From an uncultured archaeon (lineage in GTDB: Archaea > Asgardarchaeota > Thorarchaeia > Thorarchaeales > Thorarchaeaceae), in NCBI GenBank assembly GCA_964610875.1, contig CAZSWP010000026.1, positions 1-57,622 on the forward strand: a stretch of DNA of 57,622 nucleotides. Direction: 5' to 3'. Positions 9,110 to 19,060 of this stretch are shown piece by piece (positions within the stretch are counted from its first letter, which is position 1; each line of letters starts with the position of its first letter). A program made the position numbers and the translations under genes. The notes under the pieces are model-generated. The model did no database searches and was not told the origin of the DNA. It saw nothing but the letters and a program-made list of their open reading frames with translations.

Positions 9110-12100
9110 TTAGTTAGCTGCTCTCCTTTTCCTGAAGTAGTATACACCACCAATCACAGCAATAACTCCAACAATTCCTCCTGCTATCAGTAGAGCCATT
9201 ACAATATCGAATGGAGGAGGTTCTGTAGTTTCTTGGAATCCACGATAAGGATAAACTGTCACTTCCGCGTCATCTGATGCAGTTTGACCAATCTTGTCAT
9301 AGACCGTAATTGTAAATCCATATACTCCAGCTGTAAGCGAGTCTAAGTTATAGACTACGCTACCACCACCCCACTCACCTTCTTCAACGATTGTGCCGTT
9401 GAGCTCAATCTCATAGTAGTCAGGATACATGTCACTCGGTAACCAAGCGATATTATTGCCAGTAGTCCCTGCAAACATAATGATATCATTAGGTTGATTG
9501 ATTGTAGGTGGTGTGCTATCGTCTATGACTAAAACGAGTATAGTATCACTCACAGAGTTCCCATCGACATCGTTGACCGTCATCTTGAATGCCCATAGTC
9601 CTTCATCAAGTCCATCAACATCAATAACAATACTGACATTGTCCTCCCAGTTTCCAGAAGCATACTCGGTACCATTGCGATAGACAATGTATGTGTCTGG
9701 ATTGAGGTCTCTTGCCCTCCATGAGATAGTCTGGTCGTTATTACCTACAAAAGCTTCAGTATTTGCAGGATGATTGATTGTTGGGGGAGTGTCATCGTAG
9801 ACATGGATGGTTACTTCGTCACTAACACTATTGCCATCAAGGTCATAGACAGTGACAACAAGTACATGGTCGCCATAAGGTAGTCCATCGATGTTTATCT
9901 TGATGCTAGTAAAGTTCCAAGCATCAGCGGCCCACAAAGCTCCATCCATCACGGCTTCGAAGTTTTTGAGATTATCATCGAATGGAACCCACTCAATGTA
10001 ATTGCCCTCACTTCCCTCGGCAAGCCAAACATCCAAAGGACTATCGATTACTGGTTCAGTTACGATATACTGCATAGGATATCTGTCTGCAGCACTAGCA
10101 CCACCATCAAGGTAATACCAACCAGAACCACTGTAATCAGCCCACCAGTTTCCTGTGTCAACATTGTCGTCCCAGTATTCAAGAGTATCATCATATCCAT
10201 TTGCAATAGTGAAAAGTCCTACTGTATTATAGGTGACATTCAAATTGCTGCAGGAACCTGCATGTATACCATATTCCTCACCCCATAGAATTGTATTGTT
10301 CTGGATATCCACAAATGAAGCACTCATCAATACAATTCCATAGCCGCTACTATATAACTCATTGAATAGAATTTGGCTATTAGCTGGAGATACATACCCA
10401 ATGACAATTCCATATTCCATATGATGCAGATAATTAAACTCTATATTCCAACCATCACTACCTAAAACTGCAACAATGCCGTAAGTACAATTAAACATGT
10501 AATTATGCTCAACCACGCAATAATCGCTTCCATCTTCTGACAGCACCGCAACAAGCTCAATATGAGTGAAGTTTGAAGAATGAATGGTAGCATTTGAAGA
10601 TCCTAATCCAATAGCAACACCAGTATAACTATGGTCAAAGACGCAATGACCAATATCCACATCAAGAGACCCTTCAATATTGACTCCGGCACCACAGCGT
10701 TCGAACTCGGAATTCATAACAGTGGCATTGTTGGAGTAGCTAATATCTATTCCAATTTGGGATAGTTGTGTAAACTCACTGTTGTTGACTGTGAGATACT
10801 CTGATAGAAAAACAAGGATACCATATCTTCCGTTATACGAGTCTATTCCATCAACATGGACTTCATCACTATATATGATATGTAGAATGGAATTGTTGAA
10901 GCTTCCATCATTGATATCCATATCAAAGCAATCCACGAGAATTACTTGACCATAATCATTGGCATCTATTGATTCACCATCTTCACCTAGACCGTAATAT
11001 AGAGGTAGTGAGTTAACCTGATTATTTTCTAGAGTATGATTATAGTAATTTACGCCAGCTTGTAAATAGAATTCCATTCCACAACCAATCATGGTATTTG
11101 CTGATGCGTTAAGGAAATTCACAGAACCGAAGTAAATTGCACTATAGCTACAATTGGAGATCTGATTGCTTGCTATCGTTGAATTATCAATATTCCACAG
11201 ATACATTCCATACTCTGTCATGTCATCTATTGTGTTCTGAACAATGGAGTTGTTCAATGAGTTGCTTGCATCAATACCTCTTATTCCTAGTCCTAGAATG
11301 TTGTTATCCACTATCATTCTGTGTGAACTAGCAACATCGATAGCAAAACTACATTGTTGAACCGAGTTGCCAGTAATCATGATATCGTCATGAGATTCTA
11401 CATAAATTCCTGCAGAACCTACATTTGTGATTTCATTGTTCAGTACATCACTGTTATGACCATTCATAATTTGAATACCGCTAGTAGCTGATTCAGAGAT
11501 TATGTTATCAGAAATGAGTGTGTTCACCGGAGTGTCTAGATAAACTGCCGTATCACCTGTCATACTGACAGAATTTTCAGTTAGGGTATGATTCTCAGTA
11601 TTTATGATGTGGAATCCGTTAGTTCCTGCATCCGAAATAACATTCTGATGGAAAAAGGCTTCATGACTATTTGTGGTATATATACCGATTCCAGCAACAT
11701 CATGTATCTCATTTCCTGTACAATTTAAATCTAAACATGTATAGAGGTTTAACCCACCATCATCACCAGAACCGACATAATTGTCAAACACATCCATGTG
11801 ATGGCAAGTGTCTAGAAATATACCGTCGTTCACTGAAAACTCTATGACATTGTTTTGAAGTAAGGTGTAATTAATGGTGTCACATTGAATTCCATATTGT
11901 CCAGCATGGAGAATCGTATTGTCCTCTATGTAGGCATCGTTACCTGTGTTGTACCATATACCATTGCCGCTTGTGGAGTTCAATTCATTCCCAATGATGT
12001 ATGAATCATTTGCCTTATGCATGTAAATTGCATGTGACCCTGCAATAAAACGAGAGGCTGTAATATTGTTGTTGTGTCCAGTATTTATGTAACCGCCATT

Positions 12101-12940
12101 TTGTGAACAAGTCACATCAAAATTGGTGGCTCGTGAATCGTTAGTATCTGTCATTGTAATACCATACAGGAAATCCCTACCATAGAAGTTACTTGCTTGT
12201 ACATCACTGCAATCTCTGACATCAAGAACTGTGAATCCATTATATGCTTCAATGCCATTGACGATTAACCCATTTGTATATCTGATGTCCATTGCATCAC
12301 TGCTACTATCAGGATACATCACGCAGTTCTCAATCGTCATTCCATCGACATACGTCGCAGTTATCGATCTGTGAGCAGTACAGTTGATAATGGAATCTGA
12401 AATAGTACAAGATATTGAATTAGTTGGCATTATTGCAGAAACGCCGGTTGTTCCTTCTGCATTAATGACGGTATGAGTTATTGAACTTGTATTTGCGTTA
12501 TCTAAGAATATTGCACCAGCAGCTGAAGTGATATCACAGTATTGAAGTGAGCCAGCACTGGTATTCACAAAAGAAATTGCATACATTGTTGATAGTTGAT
12601 CAACATAACAATCCTCTATCACAAAATGCATGTCTGTGTTGTAGATAGCAATGCCTATCTGCCCAATATCATATGTAATGTTCAACTGCGAAATTACGTA
12701 CGGGTCTTGTGCTGTTCCAGCACCGGGCCATCCCTGACTTACAAAATCTGCATCTTCATCGATGAGGATGGGTACGTGATTTGTCAGTGAGCTTGGTGCT
12801 ACTCTGATACCTTGTGCAGGTATTGAGTCAGCCTTTTTTGGCGTGTCCATTTTTACTGCACTCGGTCCAAGTCCCAATACAATCAGGGGTTGCAGGACCA
12901 GTATTGCTAATACAATTGAAATGATTAGGTTTCTCTTCAT
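9110..12940 (-). CDS. right-handed parallel beta-helix (NosD/CASH-like) surface protein with 3 Ig-like repeats and C-terminal TM anchor (A2)
   Basis: Signal peptide; 'GWPGAGTAQDPYVISQLNI' opener; many G-I-x-L...N-x-I beta-helix coils; GNWWADY closer; three PxI(D/N)xP Ig repeats; TM + RKRR. True ATG is likely 12940, after GGAGG (ORF track start 12958). Confidence 0.85.
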   Translation of the reverse strand: MKRNLIISIVLAILVLQPLIVLGLGPSAVKMDTPKKADSIPAQGIRVAPSSLTNHVPILIDEDADFVSQGWPGAGTAQDPYVISQLNITYDIGQIGIAIYNTDMHFVIEDCYVDQLSTMYAISFVNTSAGSLQYCDITSAAGAIFLDNANTSSITHTVINAEGTTGVSAIMPTNSISCTISDSIINCTAHRSITATYVDGMTIENCVMYPDSSSDAMDIRYTNGLIVNGIEAYNGFTVLDVRDCSDVQASNFYGRDFLYGITMTDTNDSRATNFDVTCSQNGGYINTGHNNNITASRFIAGSHAIYMHKANDSYIIGNELNSTSGNGIWYNTGNDAYIEDNTILHAGQYGIQCDTINYTLLQNNVIEFSVNDGIFLDTCHHMDVFDNYVGSGDDGGLNLYTCLDLNCTGNEIHDVAGIGIYTTNSHEAFFHQNVISDAGTNGFHIINTENHTLTENSVSMTGDTAVYLDTPVNTLISDNIISESATSGIQIMNGHNSDVLNNEITNVGSAGIYVESHDDIMITGNSVQQCSFAIDVASSHRMIVDNNILGLGIRGIDASNSLNNSIVQNTIDDMTEYGMYLWNIDNSTIASNQISNCSYSAIYFGSVNFLNASANTMIGCGMEFYLQAGVNYYNHTLENNQVNSLPLYYGLGEDGESIDANDYGQVILVDCFDMDINDGSFNNSILHIIYSDEVHVDGIDSYNGRYGILVFLSEYLTVNNSEFTQLSQIGIDISYSNNATVMNSEFERCGAGVNIEGSLDVDIGHCVFDHSYTGVAIGLGSSNATIHSSNFTHIELVAVLSEDGSDYCVVEHNYMFNCTYGIVAVLGSDGWNIEFNYLHHMEYGIVIGYVSPANSQILFNELYSSGYGIVLMSASFVDIQNNTILWGEEYGIHAGSCSNLNVTYNTVGLFTIANGYDDTLEYWDDNVDTGNWWADYSGSGWYYLDGGASAADRYPMQYIVTEPVIDSPLDVWLAEGSEGNYIEWVPFDDNLKNFEAVMDGALWAADAWNFTSIKINIDGLPYGDHVLVVTVYDLDGNSVSDEVTIHVYDDTPPTINHPANTEAFVGNNDQTISWRARDLNPDTYIVYRNGTEYASGNWEDNVSIVIDVDGLDEGLWAFKMTVNDVDGNSVSDTILVLVIDDSTPPTINQPNDIIMFAGTTGNNIAWLPSDMYPDYYEIELNGTIVEEGEWGGGSVVYNLDSLTAGVYGFTITVYDKIGQTASDDAEVTVYPYRGFQETTEPPPFDIVMALLIAGGIVGVIAVIGGVYYFRKRRAAN

Positions 12941-12954
12941 TCTATCTCCTCCTC

Positions 12955-15315
12955 TCACGCACTTCGCCTCCTATGCACAATTGCGACGATGACCACGACA
13001 GCAACAGCAGCTACAGCTATTCCTGCAACAATGAGTAAAGTCGAGTCCATAGGTATCATAGCGGCACCAGAAGGTCCATCACCAGGATACATGATATCTG
13101 GGAGCATATCTGGGGTGTTAGTAGTGAAGGGTGTAATCTCTATTGATAATACTCCTTCCTCCACCATCGCTCGATTTATTGTGAATCTCAACTCAATAGT
13201 TCCACTTATTGAACCAAACTGGAAGGATGATTCATTGTAAGTCATGCCAGTTAAAGTGTCATCTAGATAGCTCCATGAAAGTAATTGAATTCCCTCAGAA
13301 CCTAGATCTTGGTAAAGCATTGCAGTATAGTCTGTCACATCCTCACAATATACTGATACATTATACCAAACGCCCGCAGGACAATCGATACTCAACTTAT
13401 ACAATTCTTGGGCATCTCCTGGGTCTCCTAGAGTGAAGTTATGTTGCTCAGAAGAGCTAGTGATTGCCATTGTCCCTGTGTTGTTATAGAGAGAATCAGT
13501 GACATCATCCACTTCTATTAGGAAATTGGATGTATATTCTGAATACCAATCACTTACTAAACCCGCAGTGTTATTCTCTGCTAGATATGGACTAATAGCA
13601 ATAATGCTTGAATCATCCAAAAGAGTTTGACTTACTGCAAAGGTAGTATTGATAGGATATCCGTCCCAGATAATACCATTCTGTCTATTACCTAATGTTG
13701 GCGATGAAGAATACGATAATCCACCATGGTTGTTTATGACTTCAATATCACACTCTACTGATACATTTTGATGATTGAGAAATTCTACACTTACATTATA
13801 ACTTCCCAAGTTCTGAGTTGGAACCCTGACAGCGGCGATGCTAGCAAGATCAACTGATATTGCACCAGGGTTGTCTAATACAGGCCCAAGATTGAACTCA
13901 TAGAATCCCCATGAGTCCTCATCATCGGCATCAGCTAGCACTACGTAATCACCAGCTGGAAGATAATATGTCATTGCATTTTCGAACGAACTAGCATCCT
14001 GAAGTGATTGCATTCTATACATTTTATTCTCAAAAACACGCCAGATTGACCAATCATATCCATACGTTCCTTCAGTAGAATTAACCCTAAGAACTGAATC
14101 TTGAGCTAATTCCAAATTATATGGAATTGTTTGCTCCCAAGCTATATTATTCTCAATGTAAAACTCTTGGTTTATTGGTATTGTCTGAACCTGAGGTGAA
14201 TCATGATGGAGAAGATATTCAGTATTTTCCATTCCAATCAGAGTCATGTAATAACTTTCATTCTGGAAGGATTGGTAATGAAACACATCTGAATCCTCAG
14301 AATAAATACTCCAGAATCTGAACAACATAGGATACTGGATCCAACAGTCAGCAGTGAAATAGACTTCATAATTGTACTTTGGATAGATGTCATTGCTTGT
14401 CTCAGGAACGTTCATAGCATATCGTAGTCTTGCAGGATCTGTCCAATTTGAAGAGAATACATATGTATGAGCTGTTGGAGCTTTCTCGTCATGAATCAAA
14501 CTGCCAGTTCCACTCTCAACACCGTATTCACTCCCCGGCAAAACATCCTCTACAATTCCATCTACTGGAATTTCAGTGGGCGTGACTTCTTCTATCAGAA
14601 TATCTAGAGGTACGAGTCCTTCGGTATTAGCAGAAACAAAAAGGAGAAGAAAATACATCCCTGGACCATCGGGTCTGAACGGTAAAATTCTGATATCTCC
14701 ACCATTGATAATCATCTGCCCATAAACTCTGGTTTCATAGTCAAATACCACTGCAGTGATTGTCAGCGAATCATGCTTGGAACCAATTGTTATATGAGCG
14801 AATTCTCCATCAGTGAGATTGAATACTCCATAAGTCATGATGTTGGGTTCATTGAATACTGACTTTGGTTCACCAACTGTTATCTCAAAAATATCTCTCC
14901 GAGTATCCATTTCAAGATGACCTGTGTCAGAAGTAGTATTCCTGTAGTCATTAAATCCTCCATAGATCGTACTATTACCTAACCAACCCCAGCCTCCAGA
15001 ACCAAAATTGAAGGGATATGTTCGTCTATATGCTGGACCAGCGAACGAGCCAGAAGTTCGACTCCAATATTGTGGATAGTATGTGTATGATGTCCAATCC
15101 AAATCATCACTATGATTTAGCCATGTTATTCCATAATTCTCTATTGCATATTCAGGTGAATGGATATATACATGTCCGTTCTCAGCAGCTTCAAAGACAT
15201 CTGTTTTCGTTTCAGAAGCGATAATTTCAGGTGTAGCATATGAAGGAATGATGCATATACCAACCAGCATGATAGTTAATGCGAATGCTGACAGAATAAT
15301 TCTTCTCTTCATCAT
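12955..15315 (-). CDS. membrane-anchored beta-rich surface protein with PPC-like beta-sandwich repeats (B2)
   Basis: Signal peptide MKRRIILSAFALTIML; segments such as 'FRPDGPGMYFLLLF' and 'YYLPAGDYVVLA'; C-terminal PMD-TM-RRR; clear full-length paralogue of 19061..21424. ORF track start is 15354. Confidence 0.8.
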   Translation of the reverse strand: MMKRRIILSAFALTIMLVGICIIPSYATPEIIASETKTDVFEAAENGHVYIHSPEYAIENYGITWLNHSDDLDWTSYTYYPQYWSRTSGSFAGPAYRRTYPFNFGSGGWGWLGNSTIYGGFNDYRNTTSDTGHLEMDTRRDIFEITVGEPKSVFNEPNIMTYGVFNLTDGEFAHITIGSKHDSLTITAVVFDYETRVYGQMIINGGDIRILPFRPDGPGMYFLLLFVSANTEGLVPLDILIEEVTPTEIPVDGIVEDVLPGSEYGVESGTGSLIHDEKAPTAHTYVFSSNWTDPARLRYAMNVPETSNDIYPKYNYEVYFTADCWIQYPMLFRFWSIYSEDSDVFHYQSFQNESYYMTLIGMENTEYLLHHDSPQVQTIPINQEFYIENNIAWEQTIPYNLELAQDSVLRVNSTEGTYGYDWSIWRVFENKMYRMQSLQDASSFENAMTYYLPAGDYVVLADADDEDSWGFYEFNLGPVLDNPGAISVDLASIAAVRVPTQNLGSYNVSVEFLNHQNVSVECDIEVINNHGGLSYSSSPTLGNRQNGIIWDGYPINTTFAVSQTLLDDSSIIAISPYLAENNTAGLVSDWYSEYTSNFLIEVDDVTDSLYNNTGTMAITSSSEQHNFTLGDPGDAQELYKLSIDCPAGVWYNVSVYCEDVTDYTAMLYQDLGSEGIQLLSWSYLDDTLTGMTYNESSFQFGSISGTIELRFTINRAMVEEGVLSIEITPFTTNTPDMLPDIMYPGDGPSGAAMIPMDSTLLIVAGIAVAAVAVVVIVAIVHRRRSA

Positions 15316-15353
15316 TAGATTCACTCCGGTATGATTTCCAATCTTGATATTCA

Positions 15354-18300
15354 TTATACAGCCCTCCTCTTTCTGAAGAAATAGATGCCACCAATCACAG
15401 CTATTGCCGCAACTGCAACTCCTCCAATTATCAGGAACATTGTGAGGTCTAACGGTGGTGGGGGTGGTGTTATTGCCACTTTGGGCAATACAACTACTGT
15501 TACTGTATCATCTACCGTTCCACCACTCATGTCAAAGACTGTTACTTTGAAAGTATGCGTACCAACAGGCAGATTATCTAAACTGTAGACTATACGTCCA
15601 CCGCCCCAAGAATCTGATTCAATAACGGAGTTGTTTAGCTCAATCTCATAGCTGTCGGGATATTCATCAGTAGGTGTCCATACTATTCTATTACCAGTCG
15701 TACCTGCAATCATTGTGATATCATCAGGACTGTCAATTGTTGGATTATCCGCATCATCTATCACCAGAATAAGTACAGTATCGCCAATGTAGTTGTCGTC
15801 AAGGTCGTACACAACCATTCTCATAGCATATACGCCTACTGAAAGACCATCAACATTTACTGATATTGTAACATTATCCTCCCAAGTTCCTGTGTCATAC
15901 TCCGTTTCATTTCGGTAGACTACATATTCACCAGGATTCAAATCACGTGCAATCCACGATAGAGTCTGACCAGTACCATCTACAAAAATCTCCTTATTTG
16001 GTGGATTATTTATTGTAGGATCTTTATCATCGTACACATTGATGAATAGATCATCAGTGACATTGTTCTGGTCAACATCCCAGACTATGAGACTTAGCAA
16101 ATGCTGGCCATATGGCAAACCATCAATATTGATTTTGATGCTAGTGAAGTTCCATGCATCAGCTGCCCAGAGGTCTCCATCAATTCTTGCTTCAAAATGA
16201 CTGAGAGCGTTGTCGTATGGAAGCCATTCAACATAATTACCGGTACTTCCCTCAGCATAGTATACATCTAGCTGATTATTGATAATTGGGGATTCCGGAA
16301 GATACTGCATTGGATAGTTGTCAACAGAAACACCACCGGGCACATTGTAGACTCCAGGACCTGTGTAGTCGGACCACCAATTTCCAGTATCAACACCATC
16401 ATCCCATGTATTGAGATTGTTGTCATAGCCATTGTGATCTGTACTGAGTCCTAGAATATTATAGTACACATTTGCGTTATCAACATCATAGAGTCTGATA
16501 CCATCTATCTTAGAATAGAGGATTGTATTGTTGCGTGCCCAATAATAGTCACCATGATCAACATAGATACCTCTAGCACATGAGTAGAATTCATTGTATT
16601 GTACCGTGCCATTCTCACCAGGATCAGTGTCACCTCTATAAGCATATCCAGCATGTCTAACAATATTGCTACTAACTTCCCAACCGTGTCCTTCTCTATT
16701 GTATACAGCGTAATTACTGATATTATAGAAATAGCAACCAGAAATGAGACCGTATTCGCCATAGAGTGAGTAGATTGCGTCCATCTCCATATGCCAGAAA
16801 TCACAACCAGATACGGTTAGATTGTCGGGATCACCATCTGCATATACACCTCTGTAAAGATATTCGAAGTGGCTATCTTCAACAGTAAATGTGTCAGTAT
16901 AGTAGAGATAAATACCATAATGACCACGGTCAAAGATGCTATTGCTTACAGAACCATTCTCACAATAACTGTAAGCCACCATGTAGCTGTCCATTGTGTG
17001 TGAGAATGTACTGGCGTTTATCTCAACCCAATCCGAGTAGAATACATACCATGGGAACCATCCGTGTTCGAATGTCAATCCTTCAGCATAGACATCCTCA
17101 CAATGACTGATTATGTTTCCAGCTCCAACAAAGGTTCCTCCATCAATGGTCATATCCTCACAGTCAACTAAGATGATCTGTCCATAGTCATTTCCTGTTA
17201 TTGTTTGACCATTTTCTGCAAGACCATAGTACACTGGTAAGTCATTAACTTCATTGTCAACCATTGTATGATTGTTTTCATTGACATTGGAAGTTTCAGG
17301 GAAGAAGAAACCACAATTCGTCATTGCATTTTCCGTGAAATTCAAAAACTCACACATGGATACAGTGATGCCACCCTGCTCTGTATCTGTTATTGTATTC
17401 TCCCAAAATGTTGCGTTGTGGAAATCATAGAGATTGATACCTCTTTCTCCAATCATAGTGAGATTGTTGCCTGCAATAGTTCCATTGACAGCTGAATCAA
17501 AGTGCATGCCATCAGATTCAATCATGTAGACTTCATTATCCCAGACACCAACACGGTTACAGGTTGTGAAATAGATTCCATATCCTGATTCAACCACTGT
17601 ATTTCCTATAACGTTGGGATCATCATGTGTATTGAAATTGAATGCCTCATCTTCTACTAATTCGAGGTAGTTATGAGTAAATGTTGAATTATGTCCTCCA
17701 CCAATATAGAATCCCATTCCTCCACATTCACTAAGTGAAACATCTGAAACCATCCAATTATCACAGTCATCAAAATAGATTCCGTTTTCAACGACATTTG
17801 TCATTTCAACATGTATCAGTGAACCGTTGTCACAATCCTGGAAATAGAAGCCATCATACCCAATATCATTCATGACAATATTGGAAAGAACAGGACGCTG
17901 ACTGTTTCTGAAGTCAATGCCGTCATTTAGTGCTTCTACAATAGTAATATCAGTCAGTGTTAGATTGTCAGAGTTCACTACATAGACGGCATCAGTGTTA
18001 CACTTTGTTATGGTTATGTTTTCAAGTGGAATATTATGAACATCACTCAGATATATTCCTCTACCATCACTAGCAATAATTACATCAGCTAGTTGGCTTA
18101 CATTTGAGTTTGATATATAGATTCCAGGATCGCCACCTGATGTTGACTCAAGGTCTAGATACTGCAAGCTTATCTCGTCAACAGCATCTATATATGCTCC
18201 GTGATCATTAAGATTCCTTGATACTATATTCATTATTGAAATGTCTTTAGAAGATATTGCAGCTATACCATTTCCTGCATCATGAATACTGATATCATAA

Positions 18301-19049
18301 ACTTCACTGTCATAGCAGTCAACAAGACTAAGTCCTTCCGATGAATCATAGATAGTATTGTTGTGAATCAGAGAATTATTACAGCTAATCAAGTGCAATC
18401 CCCATCTGGTTGGAGAAGATTTTACAAAGCAATTGAAAACTTCAGTATTATGTACATCTACAATCCGGAAACTTCTGTAAAAGGTACTATTGAAAATGTT
18501 ATTTTCAACTTTCCAATCAAAGGAATTTTCACCGTAGACAGTATATTGAGTGACAGAACCTACACAAGCAACAATATTGTGTGACAAATCTGTGGAATTA
18601 GCATTCCAGAGATATATTCCTCCACCATGAGATTCTATTGTATTATACTGTATTGTACAAGAAGGGACATCCTCGATGTATATTCCATATTTAGCTGAAC
18701 CTTGACCGATATAACAGTCCTCTATGATAAAATGCTTTGTTATGTTTAGAATCTCAATGGCATAGAGACCAACATCATAAGTGATGTTCAGACCCGAAAT
18801 GACATAGGGGTCTCCCGCTGTGCCTGAACCAGGCCATCCCTGCGAAACGAAGTCATCATCTTCATCTATCGTGAAAGGTACATGACTAACAAGATCATCC
18901 GAATCAAGTCTTACTCCTTGTGAGATAGTCTTCGATTCAGTTGGTTCTGTAGTATTCAATAGCGTGCTTGGCCCCAATCCAAAAATGAGGAATGGTTGAA
19001 TGATCAGTATTGCAAGAACAATGGTTAGTATTGGGTTTTTCTTCATCAT
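15354..19049 (-). CDS. right-handed parallel beta-helix (NosD/CASH-like) surface protein with 3 Ig-like repeats and C-terminal TM anchor (A1)
   Basis: Same architecture as 9110..12940, with shared blocks DFVSQGWPG and WAADAWNFTSIKINIDGLPYG. AAGGAGGT RBS before ATG 19049/19046 (ORF track start 19064). Confidence 0.85.
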   Translation of the reverse strand: MMKKNPILTIVLAILIIQPFLIFGLGPSTLLNTTEPTESKTISQGVRLDSDDLVSHVPFTIDEDDDFVSQGWPGSGTAGDPYVISGLNITYDVGLYAIEILNITKHFIIEDCYIGQGSAKYGIYIEDVPSCTIQYNTIESHGGGIYLWNANSTDLSHNIVACVGSVTQYTVYGENSFDWKVENNIFNSTFYRSFRIVDVHNTEVFNCFVKSSPTRWGLHLISCNNSLIHNNTIYDSSEGLSLVDCYDSEVYDISIHDAGNGIAAISSKDISIMNIVSRNLNDHGAYIDAVDEISLQYLDLESTSGGDPGIYISNSNVSQLADVIIASDGRGIYLSDVHNIPLENITITKCNTDAVYVVNSDNLTLTDITIVEALNDGIDFRNSQRPVLSNIVMNDIGYDGFYFQDCDNGSLIHVEMTNVVENGIYFDDCDNWMVSDVSLSECGGMGFYIGGGHNSTFTHNYLELVEDEAFNFNTHDDPNVIGNTVVESGYGIYFTTCNRVGVWDNEVYMIESDGMHFDSAVNGTIAGNNLTMIGERGINLYDFHNATFWENTITDTEQGGITVSMCEFLNFTENAMTNCGFFFPETSNVNENNHTMVDNEVNDLPVYYGLAENGQTITGNDYGQIILVDCEDMTIDGGTFVGAGNIISHCEDVYAEGLTFEHGWFPWYVFYSDWVEINASTFSHTMDSYMVAYSYCENGSVSNSIFDRGHYGIYLYYTDTFTVEDSHFEYLYRGVYADGDPDNLTVSGCDFWHMEMDAIYSLYGEYGLISGCYFYNISNYAVYNREGHGWEVSSNIVRHAGYAYRGDTDPGENGTVQYNEFYSCARGIYVDHGDYYWARNNTILYSKIDGIRLYDVDNANVYYNILGLSTDHNGYDNNLNTWDDGVDTGNWWSDYTGPGVYNVPGGVSVDNYPMQYLPESPIINNQLDVYYAEGSTGNYVEWLPYDNALSHFEARIDGDLWAADAWNFTSIKINIDGLPYGQHLLSLIVWDVDQNNVTDDLFINVYDDKDPTINNPPNKEIFVDGTGQTLSWIARDLNPGEYVVYRNETEYDTGTWEDNVTISVNVDGLSVGVYAMRMVVYDLDDNYIGDTVLILVIDDADNPTIDSPDDITMIAGTTGNRIVWTPTDEYPDSYEIELNNSVIESDSWGGGRIVYSLDNLPVGTHTFKVTVFDMSGGTVDDTVTVVVLPKVAITPPPPPLDLTMFLIIGGVAVAAIAVIGGIYFFRKRRAV

Positions 19050-19060
19050 GATACCTCCTT